From Podospora anserina (lineage: Eukaryota): a stretch of 64,000 nt of DNA. How positions within the stretch are numbered: the stretch's first letter is position 1; every line of letters starts with the position of its first letter. The translations under genes and the position numbers were made by a program. This document shows positions 37,026-48,907 of this stretch, piece after piece. Location: contig CM030337.1 of the NCBI GenBank assembly GCA_017654855.1, positions 2,542,001 to 2,606,000 of the forward strand, given 5' to 3'. The notes under the pieces were generated by a model that ran no database searches, was not told the DNA's origin, and saw nothing but the letters and a program-made list of their open reading frames with translations.

Positions 37026-38132
37026 ATGATAGCTCACAGTGCCCCTGAGGTATCTTGTTTGGGGTGTGGAACACAGAAAAGCAACCCCCAAACAATTCAT
37101 TCGGCCTTTATGTTACTCGCGACAATATCTACGGTAGAGATAACATGCACCGTCGTAATCGAGGGTAATCGCACATCCCCTCTCCTCCCGATCCGCACCG
37201 CACAACATTCCTGGAACAAACCTTCCTCTCTGGGAGACATAAACCTGGTTTACTTCAGCGACGGCTCAGCAAACAAGAGACCAGCGGCATGTTCTTCCTG
37301 CCCCGACCCCAAGGACCAATCAAAGCGTGGCGGCTACGCCATCGTATTCAAAGAATTCTGCCCCGGTGATGCTGGCCATGGCGAGGTACACGCCTGCGGA
37401 TGGTCCATATCCGTCCTGCACAACCACCTAGCTGAAGCAATCGCGGTCCTCTAGGCTCTCACCCACGCGCTCCAGCAGCTGCGCCCGGCCGCACTCAACC
37501 GTCCTCTCCCGAAAAGAGCCAGCTTACAAGTTTTCACCGACGGCCAGGGTGTGCTGAAGCTAATCGCCTCAGGCAAGCACCCGCATGCCAGCCCAGTCTT
37601 GTCCCGGCTTTGGTCGCTCGTCCTGAACAAGACCAACACAGCAGCGTAGGAGCTGGCCGTGTTAACCAAGATCAACATCACCCTGCACTGGATACCCAGC
37701 CACCTCCCAGAGGACAAGGCCCCCAAGGCAAAACCGCATTCCCTGGCTGACAAGCTGGTCGGCAAGGCTACGCAAAGGGGCCAAGCGCTGGCCTCTGACA
37801 AGAAAACGGGGTTGTATAAAGAGTTGGATGAAACCACCGGGGTGTTCAGTGCGTTCGAGCACGAGTTTTTCCAGGCTTATGTTGTTGTGGCGGGTGTACC
37901 GTTGCCTACAATGCCGAAGGCCATCATGTCCCACTACAAATCGTCTAGCGCGGTCGCTAGTGTCGCCTCGCCGCTGCTACTACCACACCTAGAGACGACC
38001 AGAGTAGCCCTCCGAGGCTTCGGAACTCCTCCTACAAGTCTAAACAAGGATTTGCGACCGAAAATTGACGGCGGGAATACACCGACTGTCGCGCCAGCAA
38101 TGTCATTTTCCAGTAATACTATTACCTGTTAA
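37026..38132 (+). pseudogene. RNase H1-like domain gene disrupted by two TAG stops
   Basis: One reading frame: YFSDGS, AEAIAVL*AL, VFTDGQ, AA*EL, LHWIPSH, ADKL (D-E-D-H-D order). Stops at 37452 and 37647. Confidence 0.75.
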
Positions 38133-39007
38133 ATGGCAGGCATCACTTGTCAAATTTGATTTGTTGCTGCCCCTAGATGATTGTTGACAAATATTCTTGT
38201 CCTGACCTTAGATGGACGGCAGAGCAGGTGGTGACAAGTTAAACCCTGTCCGTAGCTATACCAGTGCTCTCGAGCCGCAGCATCAGACATTGCAATGAAT
38301 CTCGGAGAGCTTGTGTAAGCTAGTTGAGCAACCAACAAGGCCTCCTCAGCTGGGGCATGTGTATCCGTCGCGAGCCCACAAATGGTCGGCCGACAGCCGT
38401 GAAAATACAGAGCGTTTCCCAGAAGAAGATGAAAAGGCTTGACACCAACGTCATGAGGATGGAAATTGAAGAAATATATCGACAATCCAGAGGCTATGTT
38501 GATCTCGCCTAGAGGCGTTACCTCGGCCTCGGGCGTTGCCTGCGGTGTAGGGGGGAGTATCACGGCGCTCGAGTTCTTACATTGCTCTACATGTTGTCAA
38601 GAACATACTACTCGACGGCTTAGCGCAGGAAGTGAAACTAGGACTCGAGGTGCCAAGGGGGTAAAACATCGAGAGATCTTGTACAAAACGTATTACTACA
38701 CCCTTCAAGTCCTACAGAACCAACTCATTAACCCCACAGATGAGCCCGCTTCACACCAATTTCCATCAACCAGACACAAGTCACTCCTCTTCCAGGTCGG
38801 CCGGTGGTTCCTGCCCTGTCTGCTCCAGAGGGCCCAACAACTTATCCATTGCTCGACATCCATGAGGTTGACAATGTTCAAACCACCAACTGTATTGAAA
38901 TGTAGATACATGTAGGGCCATAATTGACCAGTCACAGGCCCTGAAAATTGTCCTCTTCCATCTAGGTCTACATCACCTGCCACCCCACAACCACACCTAC
39001 GAGCTCA

Positions 39008-40881
39008 TCACCGAGAACCACAACGCGGCAAAAACACCGCCTCAAAAGGCCCAGCCTTCAAAATCAAATTGTCCTTCGACTCCGTTCGGATCCTCTTCCC
39101 ATCCTCCCCCGGCGCCTTCTCCCAAGTATAGTTATACACCGTGTACGCCATCACAAGCCGAAGGACGCTCATGGCCATCCTCTTGCCGACACAGTTATTC
39201 GGACCGACAATAAAGGGGATGAACGCCTCGGCATTTTTGACATACTCTTTGTTGTCGTCCAGCCACCTTTCCGGCCTAAACTGAGCTGGCTCGGCGTAGA
39301 ACTGTTCGCTGCGGTGGAGGGCGTACGCCGGGACCCGGACCGCCACGCCCCCGGAGATGTGGACGCCATCGACCGTGATGCCTTCGGGGGGTGTCCGTCT
39401 GGGGCCGTTGCTGGCGATCGGGTTGTCGACACGCATTGTTTCGTTGATGAGGGCGTCGAGGAGGGGGATTTTGGAGAGGTCTTGGTTGGTGAATTCGTCT
39501 GGGATGGTTTTGCCGTAGGCCTTTTGAAGTTGGACGTGGAGGAGGTCTTGGTAGTGGGCGTGGTTGGCGAGCTGGTAGAACAGGTGGGCGAGGACGGCGC
39601 CGATGGTATCACTGCAATGATGGAGATCAGTCACCGAGAATATCTTCTGAGAAAAAAAGACCTACGTCGCTCCGGTCAGGACCAAAGCCGCGTCCGAGTA
39701 CAAGATGATTTTGTTGGTAAAGGCAATTGGCTTTTCGGATCTCATGTCGTCCAGGAAGTGCTGCAGGATGTCGCCCTTGTTGTTGTCTTCCGCCTGTTTT
39801 TCGGTCTTGTGTCAGCTTTGTTCATCTTCAGACCAACAGTATCACAGTCCTAACTTACCGCGGCCCTCCTATCAGCCATCAACATTGTCAACTGGTCAAA
39901 CTCGGCGGCTGTCTTGCTCAGCTTCAGATTCTGGGCAATGCTAAGTAGCCACGTCAATTCTCCCATTTGTCCAATCTTTCCAAACATGCTCTCTAACAAG
40001 TGTAGCATCCTGTGTTCCTTTCCGGCTTCAATCGATCGGAACTGGTGCGAAAACCCAACCTTTCCCATGTGATCAAAAGGGATCAAGAGCGAAAACAACG
40101 AAGTGTCAATCGGTTTACCATTGAAGCTCGCAACCTTTGCCAACCAGGTATGGCAGACCTCTCGTGTTTTCGGCTCGTGGATCGCCAACGCTAAAAGACA
40201 AATTCTATCAGTACACATGCTCTCCCCCGCAATGATCTACTACTACGCTTTGTACTCACCCTTGGTAGAAAACGCCCGCTCCCACACCTTTCTCCGAGGC
40301 GCGTGTTCTTCCCTCGTCATAATGGAGTCGAGGTTATACTCCCCCTCGAAATGGATAACATCATAGACTCCGGCATTCAGCTTCCTGCATCCGCTGTCTC
40401 TCATGTGGATCTTTCTGATCCCTTCGACCGAACACATAAAGACTTCGTTAGGGGCTACGCGCACAAAGTTGCCGTATTTTTCAAACAGGGCCGCTTGCTC
40501 GAGGTGCTTTTGGCCGTTGCGAGCTGCGTACAGGCTCGTGAGCTTGGTTATCTTGGCCAAAAATGGACCAGGGATGTGGCGTAGGGGGTGGAAGAAGAGG
40601 CGGTAGATGATGATGGAGGTGAAGAGGGCGGCGAGGTAGGAGAGGAATAGGGTGGTGGAGAGGAGTAAACCTGGGAGGAGGGAAAGGCGGGCTGTTGCGT
40701 AGACGGTGAGGAGGAGGTACGAGGTGAGGTGGAAGAGGATGATGCGAAGGGCGGAGGTGTCGTGAAAGCCATGGATGAATCAGCAGGCGTGGGAGAGCAA
40801 GCCTGTGAATGAGGCAAGGAGGCAGGGGAGGACAAGAGGGGGAGGGTTGGAGCCATCGCTAGGAAAGAGGAGGAGGTCCAT
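39008..40881 (-). pseudogene. Cytochrome P450 with one premature TGA at codon 34, otherwise intact
   Basis: Four exons: HPLRHIPGP, TGAT|DT, ETMR, PERW, FIVGPNNCVG. The sequence GCC TGC TGA TTC places a stop at 40780-40782. Confidence 0.8.
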
Positions 40882-42307
40882 TTTGGTGGAGGTAGACATG
40901 CGGAGAGGCGAAGAGCATGAGAGCAGGGAATGGGATTGTGGCTTCTATGTCGCTATCTATAGGTACCAAGCTCCAAGACCTTCAAGCTGGAGTCGTGTTA
41001 GTGTCGTGCCTCACAAGAGGTGTGATGTGGCATCACTGCGGGGACTGGGACACCAAGACCCTGTTATCTTGGCGGATTATCGCTCTGCAGTAGGCAGTTG
41101 GTAACTTCGGGCCTGGACAGAGAGATCAGATCATCGCTGAAGTTGTGGGGTAGAGGCCTTTATAATGGTTAGCTAAGATCTCCTCCCGCTGTCGAAACAG
41201 CGTTTGTCTTATCCTTGCTGCTGATGACGCGGCCCGGGTGGTGCATATGCATGCCGACGGAGTTTGGCGGGGGTTGTCTTATCCCCTGCCGAGAGGCATG
41301 TTGGTGAGATTTATGCGGGCCAGTGGGTAGAATATAATTGTACTCATGCAACGAACTTGTGCAAACGGGTATGATGACGGCTTTGTGTGTTTGAGGCTCG
41401 CAAAACCAATGTTGTGAAACACTGCTGATAAATAGATATTTCGACGACCTCCCGTCATTGTGATTCATTATGAGCGATTGGCCAGGGACGATTGGTGAGT
41501 GGCGTGATACTAACTAGCATGCTGACATGCTGCAGACAGGCAATTATTGATCGAGAAATGCAAATGCGGTTCAGCACTTGGTTGTCCTTTCTTCACATCC
41601 CGTTAGACCCTCCTTGGAAAGCATCTCTGTCTGGCCAATTCAAGGCAGCGAGTCGCAAAACGCCTATCTCTGCCTAGGTACCCCGCCATCCCACGTCTAC
41701 AGCGAATGCAGAGTCAACTGCCGGTCCACATATCAAGCAACCCGGGGAAAATGAAGTCGTATTCCACCCCATCCTCGCGAGTCCCCGACATGAATCACGC
41801 TTACACGATATGCAACAACATGTGCTTTAAGGGTACAGGGCGGCAGCGGGGTGAGCTTGTGTATCCTTTGAACAACTCCCCCGCGCACGGGTTTCCTAAT
41901 TCGAAGTAGTGGCGCAGTTATGGCCTTGATTCTATTCACGATCTACACCGTGAGGGCCTCTGAGAAGCCGCAGCGTTACATAATCGCGGTTGGTTCTCTG
42001 GTACGACGTTACACCTAGTTTACATGCATGGAACTATATGGTGATATTGCCATGTCGGTTCGCATCTTCTGCAGCTCTCGAGGAAACCGGTGAGAGATAA
42101 GACTATGTTCTCCTCGTCTTGGCTACAGCAAGGCAGACCTTGTGGCGAGGTCGGTATGGGATGGGGGTTGCAGCAGCACCCATGTGAAACTAGAAGGCAG
42201 TGAGCTTCGAGTACAAGAAGACCACTCACCCTGGCCTGTGGAGTTTATCTTGAAGATCCAGTCCCTCCTGTCAAGCCTTTCTCATCCAGGCCCAGGATCA
42301 AAGCAAA

Positions 42308-43964
42308 ATGGACTTCTTCGACGACCTGATCAACCTTAACTTCGACCTCGACCCCACCACCGCCCTCACCCTCGCAGCAGGCTCCTTCGCAGTCTGGTAC
42401 ATCACCACCGCTTTCATCTCCTGGTACCGCTACCGCCACCTCCCCGGCCCCTTCGTCGCCAAGTTCTCCTACATCTGGCAGGTCTACACCATCGCCACCG
42501 GCCGCGTCAAAGAAAACTACATCAACCTCCGCGAGTATGGCCCCCTCGTTTTGACCGCCCCGGGCACCGTCGTCACCAGCGATCCCGAAATCTTCCGCAG
42601 GGCCAACGGTGCCAGGAGCAAGTATGATCGATCCCCTTGGTACGCGGCGGGCAAGTTCAAGCATGACACCACCAATATGGGGACTTTGATCGACACCCCC
42701 GAACATGACGCGATCAAGTCCAAGACTGCCGGGCCCTATGCCGGGAGGGAGGCAGAGGGTGGGTTGGAGAGTGTTGTTGATGCCCAACTGGTGAGACTTG
42801 TGGATTTGATCAAGCGAAAGTATGTCTCTAGGAACGGGGAGTTGGTGCAGACGGACTTTTCCAAGATCTCGCGGTTCTTTACACTGGATGTGATCTCCAA
42901 GCTGCTCTTTGGGACCCCGTGGGGCCATCTGGATGAGGGGATCGATGTACTTGGTTGGTGTGTGGCGATGGACGACAGGTTGGTGTTGATGTTCTTGATG
43001 ATGGAGCTTCCTGCGTTGAGGTACCTCTTTGGCGGAAGCTATGGGCTTTTGAGATGGTTTGGACCGCAGCCAGGCGATAAGTCTGGGTTGGGAGTGGTCA
43101 TGGGCTACGTTAACAAGCTCATTGGAGAGCATTTTACCGACAAGGATTTGAAGCAAAAGGACATGATGAGCGGCTTCATTCGCAACGGACTGTCAGAGAT
43201 GGAATGCCAGGGTGAGGCACTCCTTGTAATTTTGGCGGGCTCCGATACTTCTGCGGTTAGTTATATCACTACCCAACATGAGAAAATACAACTGACACAT
43301 CCCAGGGAACCATCCGCTCCACCATCCTCTACCTCATGTCCAACCCCCAAGCCTACGGCCGCTTCAAGAGGGAGATCAAAGAAGCCCTGCAGCAAGGCAA
43401 AGTCTCCTCCCCCATCACCAACGAAGAAGCCCTCAAGCTCCCCTACCTCCAAGCCATCATCACCGAAGCTTCCCGGATCGGCACCCCCTTGACCTTTGGT
43501 CACTACAAGGTCGTCCCCAAGGGCGGCGATACTGTGAACGGGATGTACCTTCCGGCAGGAACGGAAATCGGACATAACGCCCTCTCGTTGACGCACAATA
43601 AGGAGATCTTTGGTGAGGACGCGGATATCTTCAGACCGGAGAGGTTTCTGGAGGCGGACCCGGAGAGGAAGGCACACATGTTGAAGGCGTTGGATATGCT
43701 GTTTGGGTCGGGGAGGTGGACTTGCGCAGGCAAGAACTTGGCGCTGATGGAGTTGAATAAGATTTTCTTTGAGGTAAGTTGATGGGTGTGGTGATGTGGT
43801 GATGTGAGGAGAGGTTGCTTACGAGGTTTACTTCACAGTTGCTGAGGCACTTTGACTTTCAGATTGTCAATGTGCAGAACCCGGTCAAGGAGAGGGCGTA
43901 TTTGACTAAGTTGCATGAGGATATGTTTGTGAGGATTACGGAGACGGATTGGAGTACTATTTGA
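42308..43964 (+). CDS. Cytochrome P450 monooxygenase (pisatin-demethylase-like group)
   Basis: RHLPGP, LAGSDTSA|GT, EASR, PERF, FGSGRWTCAG; introns at ~43256-43305 and ~43774-43838; TGA at 43962-43964. Confidence 0.92.
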
Positions 43965-45407
43965 GGGCTTGCTAAAGGGGTTTGCGTGAACTTCTTTGTA
44001 TTTGTTATGAGTTGTTATGAGGGGATCTTTGATGGCGTTTATCTGGTCTTTTGTATTCTTTGATCAAACGCGTGGCCTTTGTCTTTCAGAGATTAAGAGT
44101 TACCTAGCTGGAATGAAGTTTTGAACCAAAGCACGATATAGTGAACTGGGCATGCTCCTCTTAAAAGAATAAATGGCACAGGAGCTTGAATGAAGAACTT
44201 AAAGGGTAACTAACAGACTAACAAATAGGTTGGATGACCAGGAAATGGACCACATGTGGATCTGGTCCACCACCACCACACCAGCCACACAACCTTGTTG
44301 AGATTACCCCTGAATGATCACACTGGCCACAACAAGACTAATATTGGGTCAATTTCTATGGGAGTTATACCAAAATGTAGCTCAATCACTGTCAGAGTCA
44401 GACATTGCATCTGCTTCTCGCTTGCGCCTGGTTTGAACCCGATGACGTGCGCTGCGCCGCACAGGCTGGGCTGGCTCTGGCTGCTCCACATCCTCCTTGG
44501 CTACCACTTCTTCCTCCACCACCCTCCCTTCAATGCGGGCCTCTTCCAGTTCACAGAGTCTCACAAACTTGGAATTCGAGTCTTCTCTATTCAACTTACG
44601 CCTTTTCTTGCTTCCTAGGCCTTCTAGGCGTTCTGTTGGTGCCTTACCGCATCAGCTTTGTAGATAGATGCCTCAGATCTCAGTGTGAGTATAGTACTAG
44701 TAAGAGTCCTTGCCGCAGGCCGTTTTCCGGCCGGCGTATAGTTCTTAAGTAGGTCCCTGACCTTCTTGGCCACCTAGGAATCCCCCACGGTATGGAAAGT
44801 AGGTGTTTTTAAAGAGAGATCTAACGGCACTACAGGGACTACTACCTAGCTTAAAAAGAGCGGTTTGCGCCTACGTATAGGCCATAATCCTATCCCACGC
44901 TAGCCGCTAATAATATTTTTTTTCCTAAAACCTTACTTACGGGTAAAGTTATATAGCCGGACTAAGTCGACTTTACTATTAAGTATATAGTTAGTAAGGG
45001 CGTCGTTTATAATTATAAGCTTTTTATATACCTTCTTTATACTAGAAAAGTAATTAATATTAAAAGGTTAAAGGACGTAAAAGTAGTAGGGGGGTAGGAA
45101 AAGAAAGTAAATATTATTTTTATAGTACCAGATTATAAAGTCGTTAGTAATATATAAACTATAATTATTATAAATAAAAAGATAGGATTTTAATAGATTT
45201 TTAAATTTAGTTTTTAATATAAAAACCTTTTTAAGCTAATTAACGGTAAGATTATTATTAATTTAACTATTTTTTAATATAACTATATACTAATCCTTAT
45301 TTAATTAATCTTTAAACTATTATTTTTAAAGGTTTTTACTTTTAAAAATAATTTCGGGGGGAAGGACTCTCCTGTTTTATAAAATATATTTAAGTATAGT
45401 AGTCTAG

Positions 45408-46415
45408 TGTTACACCCCAAGTATAATAACCCCGTGAAGGAACCACTGGGTGGTTCCCGAGGTGCTGGGACACCTCAGCCAATTATTGGGCCAGGGATGG
45501 AAAGACCTATAAAGTTCCTATGTAACTAATCAGGAGGTGTTTAGTTTAATCAGTGGCCAAGACTACTAAGCACACTGAGTATATCGATTATAAAAGATTG
45601 TGACGAACCCCTGTACAGAACCTCTAAAAGGGATACTGGTTAAAGGTAACTTCTAACAATTGGTTCGGTGCAGCTAAACAGTGCACAACAAGATGTCTCA
45701 ATATAAACACTAGCTACCGTGAATATAAGCTTGAATTGCATACTGCGGAACTATCTATCTACACTAGCCAGTTCCTCCGTATATATAGACCTTGGGGCCG
45801 TGAGGTGCTCGCCCTGCTATGGGCCCGATTACTCCTAGCACATTGCATCCTGCATTGTGCTCGTCGTGCTATACCTCTGATCACTCCTAGCACATTGCAT
45901 CTGCATTGTGCTCGTCGTGCTATGCCTCTGATCATCCCTAGCATCTTGCATCCTGCAGACTGCTCGTGAGCCTTAGCGCTATAGCACTTTTGCCTAGCCC
46001 TGATCGGCTTGTTCCCTGACTTCCTAAATGATTGGCTAGGGGCGACCTGCGCCCCACATGTGGCGCGACCTGCCGTTAGGTTAACTGTAACAAAGATTGC
46101 TTAGTCTGCTCAGCCGCCAAGACCACTGAGTATACTAAGTAAGGTATAAAAATATTTTAGAAATATATGTAGATAGCTGCACATAAATAGGAGGGAGCGC
46201 CTAGCGCTCTCCGTGTCGAGGAATCTGATTCCTTACGTAAGTAATTAAATTTATTTATCTATAATCTACTCTTAAGTAGTTTTTTATAGAACGACCTATT
46301 ATTAACAGTAAACCCCTTATCTAAGACGCTTGTCATAACCTTCGATTATCCTATTATATTTACCTCTAGCATACTACCTTGCAGTCTGTATCTACTCCCG
46401 GTGCAGGTTGTAATA
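45408..46415. mobile_element. Solo LTR (about 510 bp without its insert) inside the pogo element
   Basis: TGTTACA...TGTAATA ends with 5-bp TSD TCTAG at 45403-45407 and 46416-46420. Confidence 0.8.
45599..46092 (-). mobile_element. Little-mutated solo LTR of the same family as the 50011-57405 Gypsy element
   Basis: TGTGACG...TGTAACA, TSD AAGAT on both sides; its reverse complement matches both Gypsy LTRs. Confidence 0.92.
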
Positions 46416-47333
46416 TCTAGGTCCTTCTTTTATTCTATTTAATATATATAGATTTCTTATTTTATTTTAAAAACTTAATAACTAAACCGTTTTCTCTTTA
46501 ACCTTTTATTATATTTATTTTATTATAATTATATTTATACCTAAACTTAATTTAATTAATAATAAAATATAAATTAAAAAACTTATTAATATTCTTTATA
46601 GTAATTTCGTTAACTCTAACGTAATTAATTTTCTTTTTAATCTTTATTTTAATATCGGGATAACGATTAATAAAGTATAATACTTAATACTTATTAAGGG
46701 GGTTAAAATCGCTTTATTTAATTAGTAAACTAGCCGCTAAAGCTATTATATTAATATAAATAGGAATATAATTAAAACTTTTTTAACGGAAAATCTATTA
46801 AATAATAAAGTTTTTTTAACCGTAAGAAAATCGCTATTAGTTTTTATAAATAAAGTTCTTTAATAAAATACTATTAATATAGTGCGTTAGGGTAAAACGT
46901 AAAATCCTATATTTATTAAACGCTTTTCGTTAATTTATACTAATAGCAATATTTTTCTAGGTATTTTTAATTTCCTCCTCGGTATATTTAGCTATTGTTA
47001 AGTACCTAAAGCAAAAAAAAGTAAAAGAAAAGCTTTATTTTTGGTCTTTATAAGTAAAATATAAAGTATATATTAATATCGGGGGGTTTTCGGAGGTCCA
47101 GGGTTGTGGAAGGTTTAATGTGGGTAGATAGCTTAGGTAGTTCAAACTTACCTGAGCCACATCTATATATAGTCTACTTCCTTATTATCCAACCTATAGT
47201 GGAATAGAGCAGACCCCCAGTACACTAAGTACGGAAAGCCTTTTAATGCTAACCTATAGGAGGCTTCGAGCGCAACAAATGGCTGGATAATAGCACATCT
47301 CCCCCCCACTACATACAAATTATAAAATATATA

Positions 47334-48907
47334 ACGTGTATAATAAGCGAGCGCCGTAGATAAGCGAGCGCTGTACTTTTCGACGCGACCTAACCCTCTA
47401 CCTTTAACATTCCATTTTTAAACTAAAAACTATATTTTTTACCTCTAACGAAACTAAAGTAATTCTGGCCGCTAAAGCTATAAAAAACAATAAAAACCTA
47501 AGTAAACGAGCCGCAACGAAGATCTATAAAGTTAACGATAGAACTATTCGCCGTCGATTTACCGGTATACTTATACGACGTAATACTTTAATTAATTTAC
47601 GTAAACTTACGGATTTAAAAGAAAAAACAATTATTTAATATATAATTTAGCTATTTATATGCGTATTTTATCCCCGGCTTTCGTAGATAAAAAATATAGT
47701 TAATCGATTACTATACGAACGCGACGCGCCTCCTATTAGTATACGATAGGCTTATAATTTTGTTAAACGTTAGTTAGAACTTCGGATACGTTTTACGTAT
47801 AAATATAATTATTAAAGGGCTAAATATAAGGATTTAAAGGTTATTAGTAAGTAGTTTACCCTCGTACGGAATACTAAGGCTAAATATAGTATTATAAATA
47901 ATAATATTTATAACTTCGACGAGATTAGGTTCAAAATAAGCATTATCGTTACTATTATAATTATTATAATTTCTAATAGCTATAGTAAAGCTAAATAGGT
48001 TTAGCTTAGTAATCGTAAATGGGCTACGATTATTTAGGGTGTAAATACTTTAGGTTAGGCTATCTTACTATTTATTATTTTAATTAAGTAATATTACTTT
48101 ATTAATTAATATTAAAAGTATAGCCTTCCGGCTACCTAGCGTATTGCAATAACCGATAATAGCTAGACTACTAATAAAAAAGGCATGGATTAGATTCGGC
48201 ACTTCGATTACAGAAAAAAATATCTAAGGAGGTTTTACTAGAGCTAGCCTTATACCTTATAATCCAGAAAGGGTAATATCTAAGCTAGATATATATATTC
48301 GGACCCCAATACCCTTAGCCTTAAGCCTAACTACGGCACTACCTTGGGTCTCTCAAACGCCACACAACCCTCGAGAGGTTACCTCACAGTTAACGCTTAT
48401 TAAAACTCGAATTTCTAACCATTAAAATAGCTCTCCAACCTCAATACTAGCCGCTATAGACTAATTTATTAAGGGAGTAATAAGTATAATGCACGAGGTG
48501 GCTCTTCTCCGTGCAGAGGTCTCTTCGCTACGCAAGGCCAATAAGGAGCTTAGTAAAAAACGGAGAGCCAAAAAAACATATATGCGGCTTAGAGGATCAC
48601 TTACTATATAAGAGGCACAGGATCTACTAGATCAAAAGGCTGTGGGTGAGCAGGTAGCCCAGGAAATACGACAAAGTGGTGGTGGTGCAGGGGGGTCTCG
48701 TACGAAGATTCGGTGCTGTGGCGTGTGCGGTAAGCCTGGCCATAATGCACGTACATGCCAGGAGGCTGCAGAATCATCTGATTCATCTATTTCTAGTTCA
48801 GTTATCGTTATTTCTTTATGTTGTGGTTGTGTAATTGAGGATAGCTGTGGTAGGGTAGTAGAAAGTGCGGCGCTCGCTTGTCTGCGGCGCTCGCTTATCA
48901 TACACGT
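47334..48907 (+). mobile_element. Fot1/Pot2-family (pogo) transposon, internally deleted and RIP-mutated
   Basis: About 47-bp TIRs ACGTGTAT(A/G)ATAAGCGAGCGCCG.., TA TSD, NFDE motif, and C-terminal RCCGVCGKPGHNARTC knuckle. Confidence 0.92.

Larger units (their letters stand above)
44380..47100 (-). mobile_element. RIP-mutated pogo/Fot1-type DNA transposon split by LTR insertions (ends approximate)
   Basis: Minus-strand relics of the CENP-B HTH region (46600-46850), RVLPP.IIFK (45340-45370) and LPP...L*P (45060-45100). The sequence rejoins across the TCTAG TSD. Confidence 0.7.
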
